Positions 32,471-40,722 of a stretch of DNA of 40,722 nt are shown here, one piece after another. The translations under genes and the position numbers were made by a program. The DNA is from Candidatus Omnitrophota bacterium (GTDB lineage: Bacteria; Omnitrophota; Omnitrophia; Omnitrophales; JACQLI01): the NCBI GenBank assembly GCA_016204125.1, contig JACQLI010000023.1, positions 1-40,722 on the forward strand, read 5' to 3'. The notes beneath the pieces were generated by a model. That model made no database searches. It was not told the origin of the DNA and saw only the letters and a list, made by a program, of their open reading frames with translations. The first letter of the stretch is position 1; each line of letters begins with the position of its first letter.

Positions 32471-33051
32471 GACCCTTTGATAGGACGAATGTAGGCGTCG
32501 TCGGGGGCAAAACCGTCTCGCCTGAGTCGAATGAGTTTTTCTTTTGCCTCACCCATATTTTCAAAACCATCGATGCAAACTTGGAAAAATTTTCCGTTCC
32601 CACCAGGAAGAATGAAGGCGTGATAACCGAGATTTGTAAGTTTGTCGGTCTCTTTCTCCGCACGAGACTTACTCGTATATGTAATCAACTGAATGGCATA
32701 CCTCCCGCTAGGTTCAACGGATGTTTCCCTAATTTCTGAAATAGAGGTTTCTTTTTGATGAGCTACTGCAGCTGTCGAGATGATATCGGGCTGGGCTTTT
32801 TGTGCAAGTTCTTTGGTGATCTCTTCTTCGCTTCTTTTCTTGGCCGCCTGTTCTTCTAAGGCAAATCGTTTACCCTTCTCAACGCCAAAGGAAAACACAA
32901 GCACATACAAAACGAGAGCCAGAATGGCCCCGACCGCTATGTGATCAAGACGTAGGGTAATGTGGAACCGATCCATCCAACTTATCTGGGAACTGGGGAA
33001 TTTTGATGCATCCACTACAGGTCCTGTGACTTCAAAAAGCTCACCCTGCAT
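32461..33051 (-). CDS. SPOR domain membrane protein
   Basis: TM helix IAVGAILALVLYVLVFSF and a C-terminal YAIQLITYTSKSRAEKETDKL...FFQVCIDGFENMGEAKE. Confidence 0.7.
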   Translation of the reverse strand: MQGELFEVTGPVVDASKFPSSQISWMDRFHITLRLDHIAVGAILALVLYVLVFSFGVEKGKRFALEEQAAKKRSEEEITKELAQKAQPDIISTAAVAHQKETSISEIRETSVEPSGRYAIQLITYTSKSRAEKETDKLTNLGYHAFILPGGNGKFFQVCIDGFENMGEAKEKLIRLRRDGFAPDDAYIRPIKGSYV

Positions 33052-33066
33052 ATCCCCTTCCTCCCT

Positions 33067-34326
33067 TTAGGTTCTGCCAAAAATTTGTTCGCAACTTTTT
33101 CTAAGTACTTGGGCGCTTGGCCTTACCCGACGGGATTGATTCGTGTAGTCCACCTCTACAATCCCGAAGCGAGGCTTGAAACCTTCTGCCCACTCGAAAT
33201 TATCGACCAAAGACCAATAAAGATAACCCAAAATTGGTATTCCTTCTTTTTTGGCCTTCTCAAGCTCGGCAAGATGGGCCTCAATATAGCGCTGGCGAAG
33301 GGAATCATCCTCTGAACAAACTCCATTTTCCGTAATGAGGATGGGTAGCTTCAGGTCACGGTAAGAAGTCACAATTTCATAGATACCCCTTGGGTATATC
33401 TCCCACCCTAAGTCGTTGATTTCCCCCACTTCTTTGCCGTGGTGACTCTTAGGACAGATGGCTCCGAATTGGTCAAGCCCCCAAAGTCCCTGGAACCTGA
33501 CAAAGTCTCTGCTGTAATAGTTGATTCCTAGGAAATCGAGACTCTTTCTTGCTGGCAACTTCTCGCAGAAAACCCCAGGAAAGAAGAGAAAACCCGAAAG
33601 AAGGGATCTCAAGATAAGCTGGTTAACGAACCAACTTCTGAAGAAGAGGCTGAGACGATCGAAGGGCGATTTTCGATTACAAGGAGTGAAGGCGATTGTG
33701 TGTTGAGCAATGGAGACTGAACAGTCGGCGCCTCGTGCATACTCATGCAAAATCTGATAAGCCAAAACGTGGGCCTTGAGAAGTTGACGGAGAGCGTTCA
33801 ATCCTTTATCGAGAGATTTTTCTCCAGGCGGCCAGATACCGACAATAAAACTTTGATAGATGTAAATCAGCGGCTCATTGAGAGTGATCCAGATGCGGAC
33901 ACGACGACCGAAACGCTCGGCGACTCGCGTGACGTAGAGTGCAAATCTTTCAGCCGCATTTTTCTGAAGCCAGCCTCCCCGTCTCGCAAACCAAATCGGA
34001 TTGGTAAAGTGATGGAGGGTTACGACGGGCTCGAGCCCCTGCGATTCCAAGCAATCAAAAACTTTCTCATAGTGACGAAAGCCTTCCTCGTTCCAATGCC
34101 CTTCTTCGGGTTCCAGACGACTCCATTCAATGGAAAAGCGGTGCGCGGTGTGTCCTAAGGATTTGGCGAGTTGGAAATCCTCTGCGAAGAGGCGATATTG
34201 ATCACAGGCGTTGAGGGAACACTCTTTGACTTTACCTAATTCTTCCCAGGCCCACCAGTCATTCCACCTGTTGTTACCTTCAACCTGATGAGCCGAAGTC
34301 ACCGCCCCCCAGATTGGCTTCAACAT
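33067..34326 (-). CDS. glycoside hydrolase family 1 (second paralog)
   Basis: IWGAVTSAHQVEGNN, ITLNEP and ITENG. I set the start at the ATG at 34326 (MLKPIWG), 4 nt after the lepB stop. Confidence 0.9.
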   Translation of the reverse strand: MLKPIWGAVTSAHQVEGNNRWNDWWAWEELGKVKECSLNACDQYRLFAEDFQLAKSLGHTAHRFSIEWSRLEPEEGHWNEEGFRHYEKVFDCLESQGLEPVVTLHHFTNPIWFARRGGWLQKNAAERFALYVTRVAERFGRRVRIWITLNEPLIYIYQSFIVGIWPPGEKSLDKGLNALRQLLKAHVLAYQILHEYARGADCSVSIAQHTIAFTPCNRKSPFDRLSLFFRSWFVNQLILRSLLSGFLFFPGVFCEKLPARKSLDFLGINYYSRDFVRFQGLWGLDQFGAICPKSHHGKEVGEINDLGWEIYPRGIYEIVTSYRDLKLPILITENGVCSEDDSLRQRYIEAHLAELEKAKKEGIPILGYLYWSLVDNFEWAEGFKPRFGIVEVDYTNQSRRVRPSAQVLRKSCEQIFGRT

Positions 34327-34330
34327 GGGG

Positions 34331-34987
34331 CTAGGAATCCTTGATGAGACGAAATCGTTGAGGGGGCCACCAGATGAGAACGGCCCTGCCAATCATATCT
34401 TTCTTGGACACAAATCCCCAGTTTCGACTGTCACTTGACTGGGCCGAATTATCTCCCAAGACGAAGTAATGATCTTTCGGAATAAGTATCTTCTGACCTG
34501 CCTTGCCGTAATCCCAATCCTCACGGTTGTAATAAAAATGTTCTGCAAGGACTGGTGGAGTTTCGAGCTTCTGGCCATTGATGAAGACTTCACCGCTTCG
34601 GATCTCTATCGTTTCACCGCCAAAAGCGATCAGTCGTTTCACAAAGTCTTTCTTTCTATCCATCGGGTATTTGAAAACTACAATGTCACCCCGTTGAGGC
34701 TCGTGGAACCGATAGGAAATTTTGTCTACAAAGATTCGATCTCCTTCCATCAAAACTGTACGCATGGAACCTGTGGGAATCTTGTAGGGGCCAAGAAGAA
34801 AGCTACGAATAGCGATAGCCAAGATGGCTGCAACGAAGAGCGGCTTGATCCAATTTTCCCATTTGTCGCGAGCCCAAATTTGTCGATTCAATCTAAAAAG
34901 TTGCCAGTCGGCCACAATCTTCTTGCGATAGAAAACGACGAGCGTAACCGCCAGTAAAACGAGAATGAGGGAGTTGGAAGAACTCAT
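34331..34987 (-). CDS. lepB: signal peptidase I
   Basis: Catalytic-Ser context GSMRTVL, Lys box VKRLIAFGGETIE, and GDNSAQSSDSRNWG. Confidence 0.9.
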   Translation of the reverse strand: MSSSNSLILVLLAVTLVVFYRKKIVADWQLFRLNRQIWARDKWENWIKPLFVAAILAIAIRSFLLGPYKIPTGSMRTVLMEGDRIFVDKISYRFHEPQRGDIVVFKYPMDRKKDFVKRLIAFGGETIEIRSGEVFINGQKLETPPVLAEHFYYNREDWDYGKAGQKILIPKDHYFVLGDNSAQSSDSRNWGFVSKKDMIGRAVLIWWPPQRFRLIKDS

Positions 34988-36774
34988 GACTTCTCTCCCA
35001 TTTTAAGAACAGACATGAAGGCCTCTTGCGGCAAATCCACTTTTCCAATCCTCTTCATCCTCTTCTTTCCTTCTTTTTGCTTTTCCCAAAGCTTTCTCTT
35101 CCTTGTGATGTCGCCCCCATAACACTTACCCGTCACATTTTTCTTTAAGGCGCTGATCGATTCTCTGGCGATGATTTTTGAACCGATGGCCGCTTGAATC
35201 ACGACTTCAAAAAGTTGTCTTGGAATAACCTCTTTGAGTCTTTCGGCTAACTCTTTCCCCTTATAGTACGCCCTATCCCGAATCACAATGCTACTTAATG
35301 CATCGACAGGTTCTCCATTAATCAATATATCAAGCTTCGCGAGTTCAGCGGGGAGGTAACCGATAAAATCGTAGTTGAGGGATCCATAACCCGAAGTCAT
35401 TGACTTAATCTTGTCATAGAAGTCGATTAAAACTTCGGCGAAGGGCAGTTCGTAACGAAGAAGCGCCCGAGTGGGGTCAAGATACTCTGTGCTCTTATAG
35501 ATTCCGCGGCGATCTTGGCAGAATTGCATCACAGGACCGAGGGCTTTAGCGGGGATAATCAGTTGGGCCTCAATGAAGGGTTCCTCAAATTCCTTTATCT
35601 CCTGAGGAGAAGGCATTTGAGTAGGGTTGTCAAGTTCCATGACTTTCCCGTCTGTCTTGGTAATTCGGTAAACAACGTTGGGTGCTGTGATTAAAAGTTC
35701 GAGACTAAATTCCCGTTCGAGTCTTTCACGAATGATATCCATATGAAGAAGGCCCAGAAACCCACAGCGGTAACCAAATCCGAGCGAGGCGGATGTCTCA
35801 GGTTCATAGTGAAAAGAGGCATCGTTTAAGCGAAGTTTGTCCATGGATTCTCTAAGAACAGAAAAATCCTTCTGGTTCACTGGATAAAAACCTGCGAAGA
35901 CCATAGGTTTCATCTCTTGGTAACCAGGAAGGGGTTCCTCGGTTGGTTGGCCTGCAAGCGTAACCGTATCACCAATTTTGACTCGATTTACATCCTTGAT
36001 GTTTGCCGCTACATAACCTACCTCCCCGACTCCTAAGGAGGCCACTTTGTGAGGATGAGGGTTGAAAATCCCAACCTCCTCAACCTCATGTTCCGTTTGC
36101 GCCCTCATCATTCGGATCTTATCCCCTGTTCGAAGAATCCCGTCAAACACGCGGAGGTAGGCAATCACCCCTTTGTAGGTGTCATATTTGGAATCAAAAA
36201 CGAGCGCCTTAAGGGGTTTCTTGGAATCGCCTTCGGGTGGAGGGATACGTTCAATCACGGCGTCCAGTACTGCTTCAATACCAACGCCTGTCTTCGCACT
36301 CGTTAAGACGGCCTCTTCCTTGCCGCAACCTGTGAGTTCTGAAATTTCATTCTTGGCTTTCTCGGGTTCAGCGTTGGAAAGATCGATTTTCGAAATGACA
36401 GGGATAACGGTAAGGTTTCTTTCCATGGAGAGGTAATAGTTGGTCATCGTCTGCGCTTGAACTCCCTGCGTTGCATCCACCAAAAGGATTACACCTTCGC
36501 AGGCAGCAAGGCTTTTCCTCACTTCATAAGTGAAATCAATATGTCCAGGTGTATCGATGAGGTTTAATTCGTAATCCTTATAGCGGATCCGAACGGCACG
36601 CGCCTTGATGGTGATTCCCCTTTCCCGCTCAAGCTCCATGTCATCGAGAAACTGCTCGTGGAATTCCCTTTGAGAGATCGCGTGGGTCAAAAGAAGGAAG
36701 CGGTCAGCGATGGTTGATTTCCCATGATCGATATGGGCAACGATTGAGAAATTTCTGATTTTATCGGGATGCAC
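34984..36774 (-). CDS. lepA: translation elongation factor 4
   Basis: NFSIVAHIDHGKST, LIDTPGH and the LepA-specific C-terminal region. It has the classic lepA-lepB order with a 4-nt overlap. Confidence 0.97.
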   Translation of the reverse strand: MHPDKIRNFSIVAHIDHGKSTIADRFLLLTHAISQREFHEQFLDDMELERERGITIKARAVRIRYKDYELNLIDTPGHIDFTYEVRKSLAACEGVILLVDATQGVQAQTMTNYYLSMERNLTVIPVISKIDLSNAEPEKAKNEISELTGCGKEEAVLTSAKTGVGIEAVLDAVIERIPPPEGDSKKPLKALVFDSKYDTYKGVIAYLRVFDGILRTGDKIRMMRAQTEHEVEEVGIFNPHPHKVASLGVGEVGYVAANIKDVNRVKIGDTVTLAGQPTEEPLPGYQEMKPMVFAGFYPVNQKDFSVLRESMDKLRLNDASFHYEPETSASLGFGYRCGFLGLLHMDIIRERLEREFSLELLITAPNVVYRITKTDGKVMELDNPTQMPSPQEIKEFEEPFIEAQLIIPAKALGPVMQFCQDRRGIYKSTEYLDPTRALLRYELPFAEVLIDFYDKIKSMTSGYGSLNYDFIGYLPAELAKLDILINGEPVDALSSIVIRDRAYYKGKELAERLKEVIPRQLFEVVIQAAIGSKIIARESISALKKNVTGKCYGGDITRKRKLWEKQKEGKKRMKRIGKVDLPQEAFMSVLKMGEKS

Positions 36775-36782
36775 AGAAAGAT

Positions 36783-37445
36783 TTAGCGAGACTTGCGGAG
36801 GTTCTCAATGGCTTTTGCGCGATCTCTTTGCCCAAAGATCGCCGTTCCTGCAACTAAAACATTGGCCCCGGCCTCAATAGCTCGGGGGGCGGTCTCGGGA
36901 TCGATTCCTCCATCTACAGAGATTTTGCCCTTGAAACGGGAGCGGAGATTCTTTACTTTCTCGAGCATCTCTGGCATGAATTTTTGCCCGCCAAAGCCTG
37001 GTTCGACGGTCATCACAAGCACAAGGTCGAGTCCATCAAGGAAAGGAAAAATCTTCTCGACGGGTGTTTTGGGACGGAGTGAAATTCCAACCTCTGCACC
37101 CAGACGTTTGATTTCTCCGAGGGTCTTTGCCACATCCTGACAAGCTTCCACATGAACAGTGATGGCATCGGCTCCTGCTTTTCGGAACGCTTCGAGATGG
37201 CGAATCGGTTCGTCAATCATCAAATGGACATCGAGCGGAAGCTTTGTGCATTTCCTGACCCAAGCCACTACCACCGGTCCAATGGTGAGATTAGGGACAA
37301 AGTGCCCATCCATGATATCAATGTGAAGAATGTCGCAACCGCCACGCTCCACTTCGCCAACTTCCTCTCTCACCCGTGAAAAATCACAGGAAAGGAGACT
37401 GGGCGCAACAAATACTTTACTACTTGTCTTTAAAGTTGGTTTCAT
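36783..37445 (-). CDS. rpe: ribulose-phosphate 3-epimerase
   Basis: APSLLSCDF, HIDIMDGHFVPN and VEPGFGGQKF. Confidence 0.93.
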   Translation of the reverse strand: MKPTLKTSSKVFVAPSLLSCDFSRVREEVGEVERGGCDILHIDIMDGHFVPNLTIGPVVVAWVRKCTKLPLDVHLMIDEPIRHLEAFRKAGADAITVHVEACQDVAKTLGEIKRLGAEVGISLRPKTPVEKIFPFLDGLDLVLVMTVEPGFGGQKFMPEMLEKVKNLRSRFKGKISVDGGIDPETAPRAIEAGANVLVAGTAIFGQRDRAKAIENLRKSR

Positions 37446-38731
37446 TGGATGATAAAACTTCTCTTAATCTTCTCCTGTTCCTTCTCTTTCAACGGACCCA
37501 CAAGAGCAAGGTTGGCACGGGCAGTCTTAAAAATATGTTGAGCTATCTTTTGAATATCTTGGGTGTTCACCTTTTCGATTTCCTGGGTGATTTTCTCGCG
37601 GGCAGGGATTTCCTCAAGATAAAGCACTTTCTCGCCTGCCCAGAGTAAATGATCCAAGGTATCCTCAAGTCCCATCAAAAATTGACCTGTAAAGTAATCC
37701 TTCGCACGTCTCAGCTCCTCCTTCGACACCGACCTGCGGGCTATTTTCTGGAGCTCTTGAAGAATCACTCGAATGGCCAAGCCCGCTTTACGGTTCTCAA
37801 CACCTGCAGAGATAGCAACCGATCCCGTATCTTGATAATGACCGACTCCTGATTTAATCTCATAGGCAAGACCTCTTTTTTCTCGGACCTCCTCAAAAAG
37901 CCGAGAGCTCATGTTGGCCCCCAAAATAATATTGAGAAGTCCTAGGGCAAACCGCCTTGGATCTTTTCTCGAGACACCGTGAAAACCGATCACCAAATGA
38001 GTCTGCTCCGTCTCCTTTTCTACGAAATGAAAACGAGGTTTTGTCTGCTGCGACTGGACTCCTTGGAATCGAGAAGGAATTCCTCCATTTTTGGCAGGAA
38101 AATTTTTTTCTGTCTCTCTGACGACCTCCTGATGTGAAAGAGGTCCAGAGACAGAGACCAAAATGTTCTTGGGTTGATAATACTTCTTCTTGAACCCAAC
38201 CATATCTTGACGCCTGATTGACGAGACAGACTCAAAACATCCCGCCACGGAACGTCCCAGAGGTTGTTCAGGCCAAAGGAGCTCCCCCATCAGCTCATGC
38301 ACGTATTGAGCAGGTTGATCCTTGTACATCTTGATTTCTTCCAAAATGACGGGGCGTTCTCTCTCAAGCTCTTTTTTGGAAAGAGCGGCATCCCTGACCA
38401 TATCAGAAAGAACGTCAAGGGCACGGGCAAAGTGTTCGGCGGGAAGCTTTGAAAAATAGCAAGTCGCTTCTTCGGCCGTGAAAGCATTCAACATCCCGCC
38501 CACACCCTCTACTTCTTTCTTGATCTGTTTTGAACTCCTTTTCCCCGTTCCTTTAAAAAGCATGTGCTCCAGGAAATGAGAAACCCCCGAAATTTTCTTG
38601 GGTTCATAGCGACCACCCACCTTGACCCAGATCGCAACTGCGGAAGATTCCCGGTCTGCCATTGGAATGGTAAGAATCTGAACGGCGTTCGAAAGTTGTG
38701 AAAGTTGGTATCTCTGCGGCGCTTTAAGCAT
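37442..38731 (-). CDS. M16 family (pitrilysin-like) zinc peptidase
   Basis: Inverted zinc motif HFLEHMLFKGT with the downstream Glu region. Confidence 0.88.
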   Translation of the reverse strand: MLKAPQRYQLSQLSNAVQILTIPMADRESSAVAIWVKVGGRYEPKKISGVSHFLEHMLFKGTGKRSSKQIKKEVEGVGGMLNAFTAEEATCYFSKLPAEHFARALDVLSDMVRDAALSKKELERERPVILEEIKMYKDQPAQYVHELMGELLWPEQPLGRSVAGCFESVSSIRRQDMVGFKKKYYQPKNILVSVSGPLSHQEVVRETEKNFPAKNGGIPSRFQGVQSQQTKPRFHFVEKETEQTHLVIGFHGVSRKDPRRFALGLLNIILGANMSSRLFEEVREKRGLAYEIKSGVGHYQDTGSVAISAGVENRKAGLAIRVILQELQKIARRSVSKEELRRAKDYFTGQFLMGLEDTLDHLLWAGEKVLYLEEIPAREKITQEIEKVNTQDIQKIAQHIFKTARANLALVGPLKEKEQEKIKRSFIIQ

Positions 38732-39143
38732 TTTTTCTCGTGTCGAGGTAACTTTGAAGAATCCTTTGGGCTGCCAAACGATCTCGAATCCCCCGCCTTT
38801 TCTTCCTGCTCAAATCAGCTTCCAGAAGGATGGCCTCCGCCTCGACTGTTGTGAAGCGTTCATCCCACAAAACCCATTCCATGGAAAGACTCTCTTTAAG
38901 CCAATCTACCATTGCTAGAACCTTTTTCGCTGCAAAGCCTCTTTCTCCGCTAAGTGTCTCAGGAAGTCCCACAACCACCTTCTCAGGCCCCAGTTCTTCC
39001 AAACATTCTTTCAATTGCCTCAGAAGGTCGTCTTTTGTTTTGAAGGTTAAAGTCGCGTACGCCTCGGCAATAGTTCCCGTCTCATCGCTTCTTGCAACGC
39101 CAACTCTTTTCTCTCCTAAATCAAGACCCACCAAGACCCCCAT
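38724..39143 (-). CDS. ruvX: Holliday junction resolvase-like RuvX (YqgF)
   Basis: GLDLGEKRVGVA N-terminus, DERFTT, and a length of about 139 aa. Confidence 0.85.
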   Translation of the reverse strand: MGVLVGLDLGEKRVGVARSDETGTIAEAYATLTFKTKDDLLRQLKECLEELGPEKVVVGLPETLSGERGFAAKKVLAMVDWLKESLSMEWVLWDERFTTVEAEAILLEADLSRKKRRGIRDRLAAQRILQSYLDTRKNA

Positions 39144-39147
39144 CCCA

Positions 39148-39960
39148 TTACTTCCTCTTCGAGTTACGCAGGGGGCTCAGGAGTGAATTCACATACGAAA
39201 CAACGGAGCCAAGTCTTCCTCCTGATTGACGAATCTTATCAACAATCGCGCTTCCGACAATCACCCCATCCGCCAAACGAGACATCGCCTTCACCTGTTT
39301 AGGTGAGGAAACCCCGAATCCAATCAAAACAGGCTTTCGGCCGAAACGTGCTAGAGCTCGAAGATTTTTTCGTAGGTCTTCGGGGACAAATCCTCGCGCA
39401 CCTGTCACGCCGCGAACCGATACATAATAGAGGAAACCCTGTGTCCTCGCAAAAATTTTTCGCGCTCGGTCAGGAGTAGTAGTGGGAGCAGCGAGAAAGA
39501 CAGGAGCAATTCCAGCCTTTTTGCAAGCCTTCCAGAGCGAAAGATCTTCCTCAGGAGGACAATCGGGCACAAGAAGACCGTCGAAACCTGCCTGCTTAAG
39601 CCGAGCTGGGAAAGTCTTGACCCCTGCATGATAGATTGGATTGAGGTAGGAAAAGAAAATGACAGGGACGTCAACCCCTTTGCGGCGCAAGTTTTTCACG
39701 ACCCGCAAGGCATCCTGGATCGTAACCCCCTTTTTCAAGGCAGCTTCAGAAGAAAACTGAATGGTAGGTCCATCTGCCAAAGGATCTGAAAAAGGAAAAC
39801 CAAGTTCAATGAGATCAACGCCTTGCTCGGCAAAGTCTTCGATGAGCTTTTCCGTTGCCCGAACACTGGGATAACCCAAGGTTAAGAAGGCGCAAAAGAT
39901 CTTTCGTTTGGCGCGTTTGGCTTGAGCAAGTTTTTTAACGAGTCGATTTTTTGATAACAT
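39148..39960 (-). CDS. trpA: tryptophan synthase alpha chain
   Basis: [22 protein letters not shown] and GFGVS. I set the start at the ATG at 39960, which has an AAGGA upstream. The ORF-track start at 39978 is a GTG. Confidence 0.92.
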   Translation of the reverse strand: MLSKNRLVKKLAQAKRAKRKIFCAFLTLGYPSVRATEKLIEDFAEQGVDLIELGFPFSDPLADGPTIQFSSEAALKKGVTIQDALRVVKNLRRKGVDVPVIFFSYLNPIYHAGVKTFPARLKQAGFDGLLVPDCPPEEDLSLWKACKKAGIAPVFLAAPTTTPDRARKIFARTQGFLYYVSVRGVTGARGFVPEDLRKNLRALARFGRKPVLIGFGVSSPKQVKAMSRLADGVIVGSAIVDKIRQSGGRLGSVVSYVNSLLSPLRNSKRK

Positions 39961-40722
39961 CAATATCCTTGTCTCCACGGCCCGACAAGCAGACCGCTAC
40001 TGTTTCGCCAGAACGGGTTCGTCTCATCAGGCGCTTCAGGAAAGCGATGGCATGGGCAGGCTCTAAGGCAGGCATGATTCCTTCAAGCTCAGTGAGTAGT
40101 TTAAACCCCTCTAAAGCTTCTCGATCGGTAACGGTCTCATATTGGACGCGTCCTATCTCTTTAAGATAGGCGTGTTCAGGACCCACCGAAGGGTAATCCA
40201 GTCCTGCTGAAATCGAATGGGCAAGCTCGACTTGGCCATTCTCGTCTTGCAAAAGATAACTCTTCATTCCATGAAGAATGCCCACCGAACCACGCGTAAG
40301 CGACGCAGCGTGTTTGCCGCTTGTCAGACCCTTTCCAGCTGCCTCGACACCAAAAAGTCGCACCCGAGATTTTTCAATAAAAGGATGAAAAAAACCGATG
40401 GCATTACTTCCTCCGCCTACACAGGCAACAAGATAATTGGGTAACCGCCTTCCTTTCGAAGCCGATGGAAACTGCCTGAGAGTCTCCTTTCCAATCACCG
40501 ATTGGAAATCTCTCACCATCATGGGATAGGGATGAGGGCCCACCACACTTCCAAGAAGGTAATAGGTTGTTTCCACATTGGTAACCCAGTCTCGGATCGC
40601 TTCGTTCGTGGCATCTTTGAGAGTTCTCGAACCTGAACGAACGGGAACAACTTTCGCGCCAAGCAAGTTCATCTTGTAGACGTTGAGCGCCTGCCTTTTA
40701 ACATCCTCTTCCCCCATGTAGA
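39935..40722 (-). CDS. trpB: tryptophan synthase beta chain (partial, N-terminus beyond the window edge)
   Basis: [25 protein letters not shown] and [13 protein letters not shown]. The reading frame stays open to the window edge. Confidence 0.95.
   Translation of the reverse strand, partial: YMGEEDVKRQALNVYKMNLLGAKVVPVRSGSRTLKDATNEAIRDWVTNVETTYYLLGSVVGPHPYPMMVRDFQSVIGKETLRQFPSASKGRRLPNYLVACVGGGSNAIGFFHPFIEKSRVRLFGVEAAGKGLTSGKHAASLTRGSVGILHGMKSYLLQDENGQVELAHSISAGLDYPSVGPEHAYLKEIGRVQYETVTDREALEGFKLLTELEGIMPALEPAHAIAFLKRLMRRTRSGETVAVCLSGRGDKDIDVIKKSTR

Noticed and set aside
32175-32663. 162-aa minus-strand ORF spanning the repeat region and overlapping the SPOR gene
   Set aside because: It overlaps the better-supported SPOR gene out of frame. 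Its internal repetition is explained at the nucleotide level by the tandem palindromic repeats. It has no recognisable protein motif and no plausible ribosome-binding site.

Overview
About 50 protein-coding genes are supported in this window, and every one lies on the minus strand. I found no rRNA, tRNA, CRISPR array, transposase or integrase. From right to left the window reads as follows.

- **Housekeeping block (33.0-40.7 kb):** partial trpB, trpA, ruvX, an M16 peptidase, rpe, lepA, lepB and a GH1 glycosidase.
- **Envelope and signalling block (28.2-33.0 kb):** two SPOR-domain proteins, a TPR protein, a small basic protein, a GNAT acetyltransferase and a PilZ-YajQ-PilZ trio.
- **Lipid-scavenging and beta-oxidation block (18.0-28.2 kb):** glpK, a cNMP-binding patatin lipase, thiolase, 3-hydroxyacyl-CoA dehydrogenase, enoyl-CoA hydratase, acyl-CoA synthetase and an alpha/beta hydrolase.
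- **Regulator pair (17.0-17.9 kb):** an ECF sigma factor with a zinc-binding (ZAS) anti-sigma factor.
- **Gap-free array (1.6-16.9 kb):** 21 genes with almost no intergenic space.

This array is the most interesting part. It joins a Cys-rich thiol/redox module to an arsenosugar-type core.

- **Redox module:** a small Cys-rich membrane peptide, a DUF547 protein, a second ZAS-like protein, a TVP38/DedA protein, a class I pyridine-nucleotide disulfide oxidoreductase, a CxxC lipoprotein and HPr.
- **Arsenosugar-type core:** ArsS radical SAM, ArsM, a TIGR04282/DUF2064-like protein and two TIGR04283-like transferases.
- **Unusual additions to the core:** a PiT-family transporter wedged between arsM and arsS, a GT-C membrane glycosyltransferase, a GH1 enzyme, a fatty-acid-hydroxylase-family enzyme, and secreted DsrE-like, transglutaminase-like and His-rich proteins.

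Three other signals are worth noting:
- A two-block ECF-type promoter motif occurs twice and is identical in both copies.
- A family of long imperfect palindromic intergenic repeats has three copies.
- Two small ORFs fall below the ORF-track length cutoff.

All functional calls come from motifs read by eye. No database search was run.
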